Source: Prevotellaceae bacterium (GTDB taxonomy: Bacteria > Bacteroidota > Bacteroidia > Bacteroidales > UBA932). From it: a DNA stretch of 64,000 nucleotides. The notes below the pieces were generated by a model. It did not search any database. It worked only from the letters and a program-made list of their open reading frames with translations, and was not told where the DNA came from. A program made the translations under genes and the position numbers. The number at the start of each line of letters is the position of its first letter. Positions within the stretch are counted from its first letter, which is position 1. Below, one piece after another: positions 9,423 to 17,991 of the stretch. The stretch covers positions 1,748 to 65,747 of the forward strand of contig JAISLK010000010.1 in the NCBI GenBank assembly GCA_031290935.1. Direction: 5' to 3'.

Positions 9423-10892
9423 CTACCTGCTGTAATTCGGCGCTTCGCGCGTAATTGTTACATCATGGGGATGGCTTTCAATAACGCCGGCAGCCGTAAT
9501 GCGGATAAATTCCGCCTGTTTCAATGCGGCAATATCCTTTGCGCCGCAATAGCCCATGCCGGCGCGCAGTCCGCCGATAAGCTGGTAAAACACTTCCGAT
9601 AGCGTTCCCTTGTACGGCACTTGCGCGACGATGCCTTCCGGCACTAATTTCTTCACGTCGTCTTCCATGTCCTGGAAATAGCGGTCTTTTGAGCCATGCT
9701 GCATCGCGTCGAGCGAACCCATGCCGCGGTAGGATTTGAATTTGCGCCCGTTCAGGATAATGGTATCGCCCGGCGATTCTTCCACGCCGGCGAACAGAGA
9801 GCCGGCCATAATCGTATCGGCGCCGGCGGCGAGGGCTTTCACGATGTCGCCGGAGTAGCGGATGCCGCCGTCGGCAATCAGCGGGACGCCGCTGCCTTTC
9901 AACGCCTGCGCCACGTCGCAAATAGCCGACAGTTGCGGTACCCCAACGCCCGCCACCACGCGCGTAGTACAAATAGACCCCGGCCCGATACCGACTTTCA
10001 CCGCGTCGGCGCCGGCGGCTACCAGGGCTTTGGCGGCTTCGCCGGTAGCGATATTCCCGACAACTACCTGCAAGTCGGGGAATGTCTTTTTCACTTCTTT
10101 GAGCATACGGATAACGTGTACGGAATGCCCGTGCGCCGTGTCAATCACCACTGCGTCCACATCCACGCCGACCAGTGCGGCGACTTGCGCAAGGGTATGG
10201 GCGCTGACGCCTACGCCGGCAGCCACGCGCAAACGGCCTTTCCGGTCTTTGCTGGCAGTGGGGTTATCCTTGATTTGGGCAATATCTTTAAAGGTGAGCA
10301 GCCCGATAAGTTTGCCGTTGTCATCTACCACCGGCAATTTTTCTATTTTATGTTTCCGCAGCAACTCGGTCGCTTCCTGCAAATCGCTGCCATGCTTTGT
10401 TACTATAAGGTTTTCGGAGGTCATCACTTCGCTGATGGGCGTTTTCATATTTTCCTGGAACCGCAAATCGCGATTGGTTACAATACCGGTAAGGAAATTG
10501 TTTTCATCTATCACCGGAATGCCCCCGATATGGTGTTCCGCCATCAAAGCCATGACATCGCCCACGGTAGCGTCTTTGTGAATCGTTACCGGGTCATATA
10601 TCATGCCGTTTTCAGCGCGTTTCACTTTGCGCACCTGCTCTACCTGCTGCTCGATGCTCATGTTTTTATGGATAACGCCGATGCCGCCTTCGCGGGCGAT
10701 AGCTATCGCCAGCGAGGCTTCGGTAACGGTGTCCATAGCTGCCGATACGATGGGCGCATCCAGCGAAATGCCGCGTGAGAATACGGTATTCACCTTTACT
10801 TCGCGCGGTAATACGGCCGATTCGGCCGGCACCAGCAACACATCGTCAAAAGTTAGCCCTTCGGTGGGAATGCGTTCAATGATAGAAGCCAT
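9423..10892 (-). CDS. guaB: IMP dehydrogenase
   Basis: CBS pair and catalytic loop GIGPGSICTTR. 489 aa. Confidence 0.97.
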   Translation of the reverse strand: MASIIERIPTEGLTFDDVLLVPAESAVLPREVKVNTVFSRGISLDAPIVSAAMDTVTEASLAIAIAREGGIGVIHKNMSIEQQVEQVRKVKRAENGMIYDPVTIHKDATVGDVMALMAEHHIGGIPVIDENNFLTGIVTNRDLRFQENMKTPISEVMTSENLIVTKHGSDLQEATELLRKHKIEKLPVVDDNGKLIGLLTFKDIAQIKDNPTASKDRKGRLRVAAGVGVSAHTLAQVAALVGVDVDAVVIDTAHGHSVHVIRMLKEVKKTFPDLQVVVGNIATGEAAKALVAAGADAVKVGIGPGSICTTRVVAGVGVPQLSAICDVAQALKGSGVPLIADGGIRYSGDIVKALAAGADTIMAGSLFAGVEESPGDTIILNGRKFKSYRGMGSLDAMQHGSKDRYFQDMEDDVKKLVPEGIVAQVPYKGTLSEVFYQLIGGLRAGMGYCGAKDIAALKQAEFIRITAAGVIESHPHDVTITREAPNYSR

Positions 10893-10920
10893 GTGGTTTT
10901 ATATCTAAAAAATTAATTGC

Positions 10921-10928
10921 CAAAGGTA
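10921..10928 (-). promoter_or_regulatory. -7 box (TACCTTTG on the minus strand) for guaB
   Basis: CAAAGGTA on the + strand, 29 nt upstream of the guaB start. Confidence 0.5.
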
Positions 10929-10947
10929 CAAAAAAAAATGATATGGC

Positions 10948-11035
10948 GATGTGATGATGTGGTGATGTGATGATGTGATGATGTGATGATGTGATGATGT
11001 GATGATGTGGTGATGTGATGATGTGGTGATGTGAT
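10948..11035. repeat. Octamer microsatellite (GATGTGAT / GGTGATGT variants), about 11 copies
   Basis: Read directly. Lies between the divergent guaB and SDR promoters. The His-rich ORF 10876..11100 is an artefact of it. Confidence 0.9.
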
Positions 11036-11100
11036 AAGTCGCAAATGGCTGTCGCCGGAGTTAGCGGCGTTCCGTGATTGCCCGATTTTAAAATTATCAC

Positions 11101-11108
11101 TACCTTTG
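11101..11108 (+). promoter_or_regulatory. -7 box TACCTTTG for the SDR gene
   Basis: 20 nt upstream of the ATG at 11128. Confidence 0.5.
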
Positions 11109-11127
11109 CTGCTAAATTTTTTAAAGA

Positions 11128-12141
11128 ATGAAATCAGTTAAGATAGCAATCACAGGCGCCTCGGGCTACATAGGCTCTCATGTGGTGGATCAGGCATTGA
11201 GAAAAGGTTATGACGTGCGGATTTTAGTACGCGCCGACGTGAACCGTCCCGATTGGGCGGAAAAAGGCGTTGAAGTATTTAAGGGAGATATTCGTAACGA
11301 AGATGCCTTGATCCCTTTTTTGACGGATGTTGATTATTTAATCCATTGCGCAGCGGTAAATACACCTTCCAGTAAACGCCGGAAAGATATTTTTGAAAGC
11401 AATGTGGATGGTGTGAAACTTATTTTACGAACAGCCAAAAAACAGGGCGTCAAAAAAATTGTGTACACGGGAAGTAGCGTTGCTTTAGGCTGTACAGGCA
11501 AAGGAAAAATGATTAACGAAGAAACAGTATTTAACATGTGGAATGCATCTAGTGACTATGCCCGGTCAAAGTATTTAGGTGAGAAAGTAGCGTTGGAGCT
11601 ATTTCAAAATGAAGGTGTGCCGGTAGCTATCGCTGAACCCACCGTTGTTATTGGCCCCGGCGATGTAAAACCCACCTATACCGGGATATTGATTATGGAC
11701 TTGGTGAACGGGAAAATCCCGGCTTACTTTGATACGCGCTACAACTTTGTGGATGTGCGCGACGTAGCCTGCGGGCATCTGTTGATATTGGAAAAAGGGA
11801 AGGTGGGAGAACGCTATTTGCTTTGCGGAAACGACAATATACTCGTGTCGGAATATTTTAATATGATTTGTGAGATGACCGGCAAAAAGCCTCGTCTCGT
11901 ATTGCCGTTATGGATGGTTTATCCGATGGCGTGGGGTTTTGATTTACTTTGGAAATTAACAGGCATAGAACCTTACATCCGTTTATCGGCTGTAAGACGT
12001 GCGCGGCTTGATTTATGTTATGACAATGCGAAAGCCAAAAAACAGTTGGACTTTAATCCGCGCCTATGGAAAGAGGCAATAAGAGATGAATTACAATGGA
12101 TGATAGCGAATGGGTATTTGAAAAATAATTTAATTGTATGA
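11128..12141 (+). CDS. NAD-dependent epimerase/dehydratase (extended SDR, dihydroflavonol-reductase/HpnA-like)
   Basis: Rossmann motif ITGASGYIGSHVV and catalytic YARSK. 337 aa. Confidence 0.8.
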   Translation: MKSVKIAITGASGYIGSHVVDQALRKGYDVRILVRADVNRPDWAEKGVEVFKGDIRNEDALIPFLTDVDYLIHCAAVNTPSSKRRKDIFESNVDGVKLILRTAKKQGVKKIVYTGSSVALGCTGKGKMINEETVFNMWNASSDYARSKYLGEKVALELFQNEGVPVAIAEPTVVIGPGDVKPTYTGILIMDLVNGKIPAYFDTRYNFVDVRDVACGHLLILEKGKVGERYLLCGNDNILVSEYFNMICEMTGKKPRLVLPLWMVYPMAWGFDLLWKLTGIEPYIRLSAVRRARLDLCYDNAKAKKQLDFNPRLWKEAIRDELQWMIANGYLKNNLIV

Positions 12142-13232
12142 TATTTTTACAATTATCACAACAGATAAAGCATGTCCACGAGGTTTTACAGCAATATGCC
12201 GTCAAAGCCGTTAATGTAGGGCTTACGATACGCAATTTGCTAATAGGCTATTATATTGTTGAATATGAACAGCAGGGAGATGACAAGGCTACTTATGGCG
12301 AAAAATTATTGGAAAAATTATCGGTTTCATTAGCTGGAGAGGGATTGAAAAATATATCACAGGCAGAATTATCTCGCTTCAGGCAATTCTATACCACCTA
12401 TCCGCAAATTCTTGGGACGCTGTCCCAAAAATCGCTTCAATTGCCGGCGTCAATTCTTGGGACGGTGTCCCAAAAATTGATACAGATGACTGACGATACC
12501 ATAGCGATAGAACCATTAAAACTCTTGTCGAGTTTGTCCTTTTCCCATTTTGCGGAACTGATAAAAATTAGCGATCCGCTCAAGCGCACTTTTTATGAAA
12601 TAGAATGTATTAACGGAACATGGGGTATACGAGAACTGAGGCGACAAATTAATTCGCTATTTTTTGAACGAACAGGATTAAGTAAGCAGCCTGAAAAATT
12701 AATACATCTTGTACATGCAACTGCTGAACAAATCAACATAAACGAGGTGATTAAATCTCCTTTTACTTTTGAGTTCTTAGGATTAAAGTCAAAAGATGTC
12801 GTTACAGAGTCAAACATAGAACAGGCAATCATGGAAAATATCCAACATTTTCTGTTGGAATTAGGTAATGGATTTTGTTTTGAAGCACGACAAAAGAAAA
12901 TATTAATAGAGGATGAGTATTTCTTTATTGATTTGGTATTTTACCATCGCATACTTCATTGTCATGTGCTTGTTGAAATTAAAACAGAAGAATTTAAACA
13001 TGAACATATTGGACAGCTAAATGTGTATTTGGAACATTACAAGCGTCACGAAATGCATGGAGGTGATAATCCTCCTGTGGGCATATTGCTGGTAACGAAT
13101 AAAAATAATACACTGGTGGAATATGCAAAAGGCGCTATGGATAATCAACTGTTTGTATCAAAATATTTGTTGGAATTACCCCACAAAGAAGATTTGATAC
13201 AGCTAATCAGGCAAGAAATTAGCAAATATTAA
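12138..13232 (+). CDS. YhcG/DUF1016-family PD-(D/E)XK nuclease domain protein
   Basis: FTFEFLGL...GFCFEARQKKI...IDLVFYHRILHCHVLVEIK core typical of DUF1016. The ATGA overlap with the SDR stop suggests translational coupling. Confidence 0.75.
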   Translation: MIFLQLSQQIKHVHEVLQQYAVKAVNVGLTIRNLLIGYYIVEYEQQGDDKATYGEKLLEKLSVSLAGEGLKNISQAELSRFRQFYTTYPQILGTLSQKSLQLPASILGTVSQKLIQMTDDTIAIEPLKLLSSLSFSHFAELIKISDPLKRTFYEIECINGTWGIRELRRQINSLFFERTGLSKQPEKLIHLVHATAEQININEVIKSPFTFEFLGLKSKDVVTESNIEQAIMENIQHFLLELGNGFCFEARQKKILIEDEYFFIDLVFYHRILHCHVLVEIKTEEFKHEHIGQLNVYLEHYKRHEMHGGDNPPVGILLVTNKNNTLVEYAKGAMDNQLFVSKYLLELPHKEDLIQLIRQEISKY

Positions 13233-13279
13233 ATAAATATAAAATGTAAAGTGACAACACCTCGAATAAAACTAATTGT

Positions 13280-14179
13280 ATGAAAGAGAAAACGACGCTA
13301 AAAATAGAACATTTTATTAAAAAACTGGTTGGCCGTTCTATTCCTGAAAAGATTTTGATGCCGGGCCATACCTGGCTGCTGAAGATATTAAAAAGAAATC
13401 TTATAAAACGTAGAATTTTTAGATTTGAAGTCCATCTCACCGAACATTGTAATCTAAATTGTAAATACTGTAATCATTTTTCTTCACTTGCAGAAAAGGA
13501 ATTTTTAGATATTGAAACTTTTGAGCGCGATTTGGCGAGGATTTCCGAATTGACGGAACGGAAAATTGAATGGGTGGATTTATTAGGAGGGGAGCCTTTA
13601 TTGCATCCCCAACTCATTGCATTCCTGAACCTGCCTCGAAAATACTTTGATACGGGAAAAATAATGCTCGTTACTAATGGGATTCTTTTACTAAAACAGC
13701 CGGATGAATTTTGGCAAAGCTGTAACCAAAATAATGTAGAAGTCAGGATTTCTCAATATCCTATTAAATTAGACCGTCTTGAAATAAACAGGATAGCGAA
13801 AAAATGGAAAGTAACGGTCAGGTATATGGGTGAAGGGACAAAAACAATGTGCCGCACACCGCTTGATTTAAAAGGCGCCCAAGATGCAAAAGACAGTTTT
13901 CTACGGTGCCGCTTTGCAAACTACAGCACTTACCTGGAAAAAGGTAAAATATATCCCTGCCCGTGGATTCCGAATATAAGGCATTTTAATCGCTATTTCA
14001 ATAAAAACCTGCAAGTCGCGGAAAACGATTATATAGATATTTACAAGGCCAAAAGCCTGGATGAAATACTTGAATTTTTGTGTAAACCCGTTCCCTTTTG
14101 CCGTCATTGCAATATGAAAGGAATGATTTATGGATTACAATGGGGCATTTCAAAAAAAGAAATATCCGAATGGGTATAA
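13280..14179 (+). CDS. Radical SAM enzyme with C-terminal Cys cluster (paralog 1)
   Basis: CNLNCKYCNHF (CxxxCxxC), LLGGEPLLHP, LVTNG. C-terminal conserved Cys residues include CKPVPFCRHCN. Confidence 0.8.
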   Translation: MKEKTTLKIEHFIKKLVGRSIPEKILMPGHTWLLKILKRNLIKRRIFRFEVHLTEHCNLNCKYCNHFSSLAEKEFLDIETFERDLARISELTERKIEWVDLLGGEPLLHPQLIAFLNLPRKYFDTGKIMLVTNGILLLKQPDEFWQSCNQNNVEVRISQYPIKLDRLEINRIAKKWKVTVRYMGEGTKTMCRTPLDLKGAQDAKDSFLRCRFANYSTYLEKGKIYPCPWIPNIRHFNRYFNKNLQVAENDYIDIYKAKSLDEILEFLCKPVPFCRHCNMKGMIYGLQWGISKKEISEWV

Positions 14180-14213
14180 TAAAAATTAGATAAAAGACAT
14201 AATATATAAAACT

Positions 14214-15113
14214 ATGAAAGAAAAAGCAATTGTAAAAATAAAATACATTGTTAGAAGAACAATAGGCAGCCTTATCCCTGACAAAATTTTGAGGTCGAAC
14301 TATAATCTTTTTTTGAAAGTATCAGGGAAAAACTTGAAAAGGCGTAAATTATTCAGATTTGAGGTTCATCTCACCGAACATTGTAATTTAAATTGCAAGT
14401 ATTGTAATCATTTTTCTCCGCTCGCAGAAAAAGAATTTTTAAATATAGAGTCATTTGAGCGCGATTTGGCAAGGATTTCCGAACTGACGGAACGGAAAAT
14501 AGAACTGGTGAATTTATTGGGAGGCGAACCCTTATTACATCCACAACTCATGGACATCCTCAGCCTCACAAGAAAATACTTCGATACGGGGAAAATAGTA
14601 CTGATTACAAATGGAACGCTCCTGTTAAAACAACCGGATGCGTTTTGGCAAAACTGTAAACAAAATGATATAGAACTTCGGATTACTTATTACCCTATTA
14701 AATTAGACAGGCCTGCTATAAGCGGCATAGCGAAAGAACATGGCGTAACTATCCGGTATATGGGCGGAGGGGTAAAAACAATGTCCCGCGTACCGCTTGA
14801 TTTGAATGGTACACAAAATGCAAAGAACAGTTTTCTTCAATGCTACCAGGCCAATAATTGCGTGTTTTTAGAAAATGGGAAAATATATACTTGCCCGGTG
14901 ATACCGAATATAAGGCACTTTAATCATTATTTCAAGAAAGATTTGCAAATATCGGCAAACGATTACATAGATATTTATAAAGTCAAAAATGTAGATGAAA
15001 TATTTGATTTTCTATGTAAACCCGTTCCTTTTTGCCGGTATTGCAATTTAAAAGAAACTGTTTACGAATTACAATGGGAACATTCAAAAAAAGAAATATC
15101 CGAATGGGTATAA
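14214..15113 (+). CDS. Radical SAM enzyme with C-terminal Cys cluster (paralog 2)
   Basis: Collinear 299-aa paralog of 13280..14179 with the same CxxxCxxC and CKPVPFCRYCN motifs. Confidence 0.8.
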   Translation: MKEKAIVKIKYIVRRTIGSLIPDKILRSNYNLFLKVSGKNLKRRKLFRFEVHLTEHCNLNCKYCNHFSPLAEKEFLNIESFERDLARISELTERKIELVNLLGGEPLLHPQLMDILSLTRKYFDTGKIVLITNGTLLLKQPDAFWQNCKQNDIELRITYYPIKLDRPAISGIAKEHGVTIRYMGGGVKTMSRVPLDLNGTQNAKNSFLQCYQANNCVFLENGKIYTCPVIPNIRHFNHYFKKDLQISANDYIDIYKVKNVDEIFDFLCKPVPFCRYCNLKETVYELQWEHSKKEISEWV

Positions 15114-15125
15114 TAAAAACAACCA

Positions 15126-15953
15126 ATGACCCAACCCCTCGTTTCCATATGTATCCCCGCCTACAACGCTGAAAAATTTATCGGCGATACCATCCGCTCT
15201 GCCTTGGCACAAACCTACCGTAATCTGGAAATCATTGTGTGCAACGATTGCTCCAGCGACAATACACTGCAAGTAGCGAAGTCGTTTTCCGACCCGCGCA
15301 TGACGGTGTATGTGAACGAACACAACTTAGGCTGTTCGGGCAACTACAACCGATCGCTTTCGTATGCCCGGGGGAAATATGTGAAACTGCTTTGCGCTGA
15401 TGATATGATCACGCCCGACTGTATTGAAAAACAAGTGCGGGCATTTGAAGAAAACGAAGACAAAAACATTGTGATGGTAACGGCGGGCAAGTACGTGATT
15501 AACGAAAATGGCAAGCGTGTTTTCTCCAAAAAATTTCCGGGGAAAGGATGTATGGAAGGCAAGAAAGCCGTACGCAAAAGTGTGCTTTACGGCACCAATA
15601 TTTTCGGCGAGCCGGGATTGTTGCTGATGAAAACGGATATATTGCGCAAAACAACCGGGGTAACGGAAGACAAGTACTACACGATGTGCAATGATTTTGA
15701 TTTATGGTGTAAAATGTTATTGCATGGAAATTTATTTGTCATTCACGAGCCGCTGTTTTCATTCCGTATCGTAAGCTCTTCGCAAACCGCGCGCATGGGA
15801 TGGCGGGGAGCTGGAATATTTAAAAACTACTGTACGCTTTTGTACCGGCAAAAAAAATACGATATTTCCCCTGCAACACTTTTCATAGGTAAAATAATGA
15901 TGTTCGTCATGATGTTCGCCCGTAATACAGTGGTATATCTATTCACAAAATAA
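15126..15953 (+). CDS. Family 2 glycosyltransferase
   Basis: VSICIPAYNAEKFI...IIVCNDCSSDNT...CADD motifs of GT-A/GT2. Confidence 0.85.
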   Translation: MTQPLVSICIPAYNAEKFIGDTIRSALAQTYRNLEIIVCNDCSSDNTLQVAKSFSDPRMTVYVNEHNLGCSGNYNRSLSYARGKYVKLLCADDMITPDCIEKQVRAFEENEDKNIVMVTAGKYVINENGKRVFSKKFPGKGCMEGKKAVRKSVLYGTNIFGEPGLLLMKTDILRKTTGVTEDKYYTMCNDFDLWCKMLLHGNLFVIHEPLFSFRIVSSSQTARMGWRGAGIFKNYCTLLYRQKKYDISPATLFIGKIMMFVMMFARNTVVYLFTK

Positions 15954-15959
15954 TTTTAT

Positions 15960-16892
15960 ATGCAACTCTCCGTCATCATACCCTGCTACAACGAAGAAGC
16001 GGTGATTGCCGAAACCTGCCGGCAGCTCACAGAAGTAATGAAAAAATTACCGCACGGGTACGAATTGATTTTTGTAAACGACGGCAGCCGGGACGCTACG
16101 CTGCAAATCCTCCGGGAGCTGGCGGAAAAAGACAGCGCGGTGAAAGTACTCGGCTTTTCGCGCAACTTCGGGCATCAGTGCGCCGTCGCCGCCGGCCTGC
16201 GGCACTGTGCGGGCGATGTGGCAGTGATTATCGACGCCGACCTGCAGGACCCTCCTGCCGTGATTCTGGAGATGCTGGACATTATGAAAGCCACACAGGC
16301 CAACGTAGTGTATGGCGTAAGGAAACACCGCAAGGGCGAAAGCTGGTTTAAATTATTTACGGCAAAAATATTTTACCGGCTGTTAAACTACCTGTCGGAT
16401 GTGAAATTCCCTGTAGATACCGGCGATTTCCGGCTTATGGACAGGCAAATCATTAACGAATTTAATGCGCTGAAAGAAAAAAATAAATACATCCGCGGAT
16501 TGATAAGCTGGATGGGATTTAAACAAGTGCCCTGCTATTACGAGCGGGAAGAACGCTTTGCGGGTGAAACCAAATACCCGTTGCGGAAGATGCTTCGATT
16601 TGCCATGATAGGCCTGTTTTACTTTTCCAAAAAGCCCCTCAAACTGGCTACTTCCCTGGGTTTTTTCTGTGTATTTTTAGGACTGGCTTTTGTGCTGTGG
16701 ATGTTCGTAAGCCGTTTTTTCCTGGGAGGCATTACCGTCCAGGGATGGATATCGACCATTGCCATTGTAGTGTTCTTTGGCGGTGTGCAGCTGTTAACCA
16801 TCGGCGTGCTGGGGCAGTATATCGGCAATATTTTTGACGAAACAAAAGGGCGTCCGGAATACATCGTATCGGAAAAGATCCATTTCGATTAA
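15960..16892 (+). CDS. Family 2 glycosyltransferase, polyprenyl-phosphate sugar transferase type (GtrB/CsbB/ArnC-like)
   Basis: LSVIIPCYNEE...VNDGSRDAT...DADLQDPP, plus two C-terminal TM helices typical of GtrB-like enzymes. Confidence 0.75.
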   Translation: MQLSVIIPCYNEEAVIAETCRQLTEVMKKLPHGYELIFVNDGSRDATLQILRELAEKDSAVKVLGFSRNFGHQCAVAAGLRHCAGDVAVIIDADLQDPPAVILEMLDIMKATQANVVYGVRKHRKGESWFKLFTAKIFYRLLNYLSDVKFPVDTGDFRLMDRQIINEFNALKEKNKYIRGLISWMGFKQVPCYYEREERFAGETKYPLRKMLRFAMIGLFYFSKKPLKLATSLGFFCVFLGLAFVLWMFVSRFFLGGITVQGWISTIAIVVFFGGVQLLTIGVLGQYIGNIFDETKGRPEYIVSEKIHFD

Positions 16893-16914
16893 TTCCTCTT
16901 TCCATTTTTTTTAT

Positions 16915-16922
16915 TACCTTTG
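16915..16922 (+). promoter_or_regulatory. Candidate -7 box TACCTTTG immediately upstream of the 21-22 bp array
   Basis: Perfect TAnnTTTG, 12 nt before the first array unit. No other such box lies before the ATG at 17250. Confidence 0.4.
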
Positions 16923-16933
16923 CCCCCGGAAAG

Positions 16934-17197
16934 AATTAAGTGCACTTAAACCGGAATTAAGTTTACTTAAAGTCAAATTAAGTGCACTTAAAGCCGGATT
17001 AAGTTGACTTAAACCAGAATTAAGTTGACTTAAAACCGGATTAAGTGAACTTGAATCGAAATTAAGTTGACTTAAATCAAAATTAAGTTTACTTAAAACT
17101 GAATTAAGTTGACTTAAAGCCGGATTAAGTTTACTTAAACCGGAATTAAGTTTACTTAAACCGGAATTAAGTTGACTTAAACCGGAATTAAGTTAAC
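16934..17197. repeat. Tandem array, 12-13 copies of a 21-22 bp unit each containing the palindrome TTAAGTnnACTTAA
   Basis: Read directly. Units look like ATTAAGT(T/G)(G/T/C)ACTTAAA(CCGGA). There are no spacers, so it is not CRISPR. Confidence 0.95.
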
Positions 17198-17249
17198 CTG
17201 TATGCTGCGATAATTAAAAACAAATGTATAACCGAAACACACACACAAG

Positions 17250-17948
17250 ATGGCTACACATCACTACTGGATACCGTACAATCACGATGCCCTGCACAAA
17301 CAGGCCAACCGGACGGGAAACTACCTTTCCGGCCCGGCTAACCGCGAACGCATGGGGTTAAGCCCCGCCACGCCCCAGGGGCAATGGATAGATGCGGCGT
17401 TTTTCCCGGCGCTCTACCGGTTCAACGAGGCTTACCGCAACTGGAGCAACGTTGCGGAACGCACAATTGTCTCCACAGCCGTTTTCCGGGATGCGGAGCG
17501 GGATTTCAAGCCGGCGTACCGGAAACTGTACACCGGTTTTCTTAAATCCAATCCCCTGGTTACTAATGTTGACCTTGACGACATGGGGCTGCCCCAGCGC
17601 CGCAGCCATGTGAGCAACCACACTCCCCCGCTGTCCGGGAGCCACCCGATGGCCGATGTATCGCTGCAGTCGGGCGGGCGGGTATGGTTCCGCATCTTTG
17701 ACTCCGGCACCCTCCGCCGCGCCAAACCGCCCGGCGTACACAGCGTGGAGCTCCGGTGGGACATCCTCGACGAGCCGCCGAAGCACATCGATGACATGCA
17801 CCAGACGTCGTCGTTCACCAAATCGCCGTTTTTCCTCGACTTTGATATTGACCGGCGGGGGCAGCACCTGTACTTCGTCCTCCGGTGGGAAAACACCCGG
17901 AGCCAGAAAGGCCCCTGGGGCGCTATCAAGGATGTGATTATCCCGTAA
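17250..17948 (+). CDS. Hypothetical protein with an FN3-like C-terminal strand motif (RWEN..KGPW)
   Basis: 232-aa ORF. GC-rich codon usage contrasts with the AT-rich neighbours. The C-terminus is homologous to the fragment at 46558..46676. Confidence 0.55.
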   Translation: MATHHYWIPYNHDALHKQANRTGNYLSGPANRERMGLSPATPQGQWIDAAFFPALYRFNEAYRNWSNVAERTIVSTAVFRDAERDFKPAYRKLYTGFLKSNPLVTNVDLDDMGLPQRRSHVSNHTPPLSGSHPMADVSLQSGGRVWFRIFDSGTLRRAKPPGVHSVELRWDILDEPPKHIDDMHQTSSFTKSPFFLDFDIDRRGQHLYFVLRWENTRSQKGPWGAIKDVIIP

Positions 17949-17959
17949 AAAATAATTCC

Positions 17960-17967
17960 TATATTTG
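17960..17967 (+). promoter_or_regulatory. -7 box TATATTTG for the AAA/PD-(D/E)XK gene
   Basis: 25 nt upstream of the ATG at 17992. Confidence 0.5.
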
Positions 17968-17991
17968 TACATAATAAAACACACACCGACT

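Noticed and set aside
10876-11100. His-rich ORF (HHHIITSPHHH...)
   Set aside because: It is encoded entirely by the GATGTGAT octamer microsatellite between two promoters.
13280-15113. Radical-SAM pair as prokaryotic viperins (pVips), given the nearby defense-type genes
   Set aside because: The size and CxxxCxxC motif fit, but these proteins have a Cys-rich C-terminal cluster that I do not associate with viperins. They also lack the viperin C-terminal signature and sit in an operon with glycosyltransferases. An HMM search is needed to be sure.
11128-16892. Hopanoid side-chain (hpnA/hpnB/hpnH/hpnI/hpnJ-like) cluster
   Set aside because: The SDR + GT2 + radical-SAM composition is superficially similar, but no squalene-hopene cyclase or other hpn genes are nearby. 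The rSAM proteins are much shorter than I would expect for HpnH/HpnJ.
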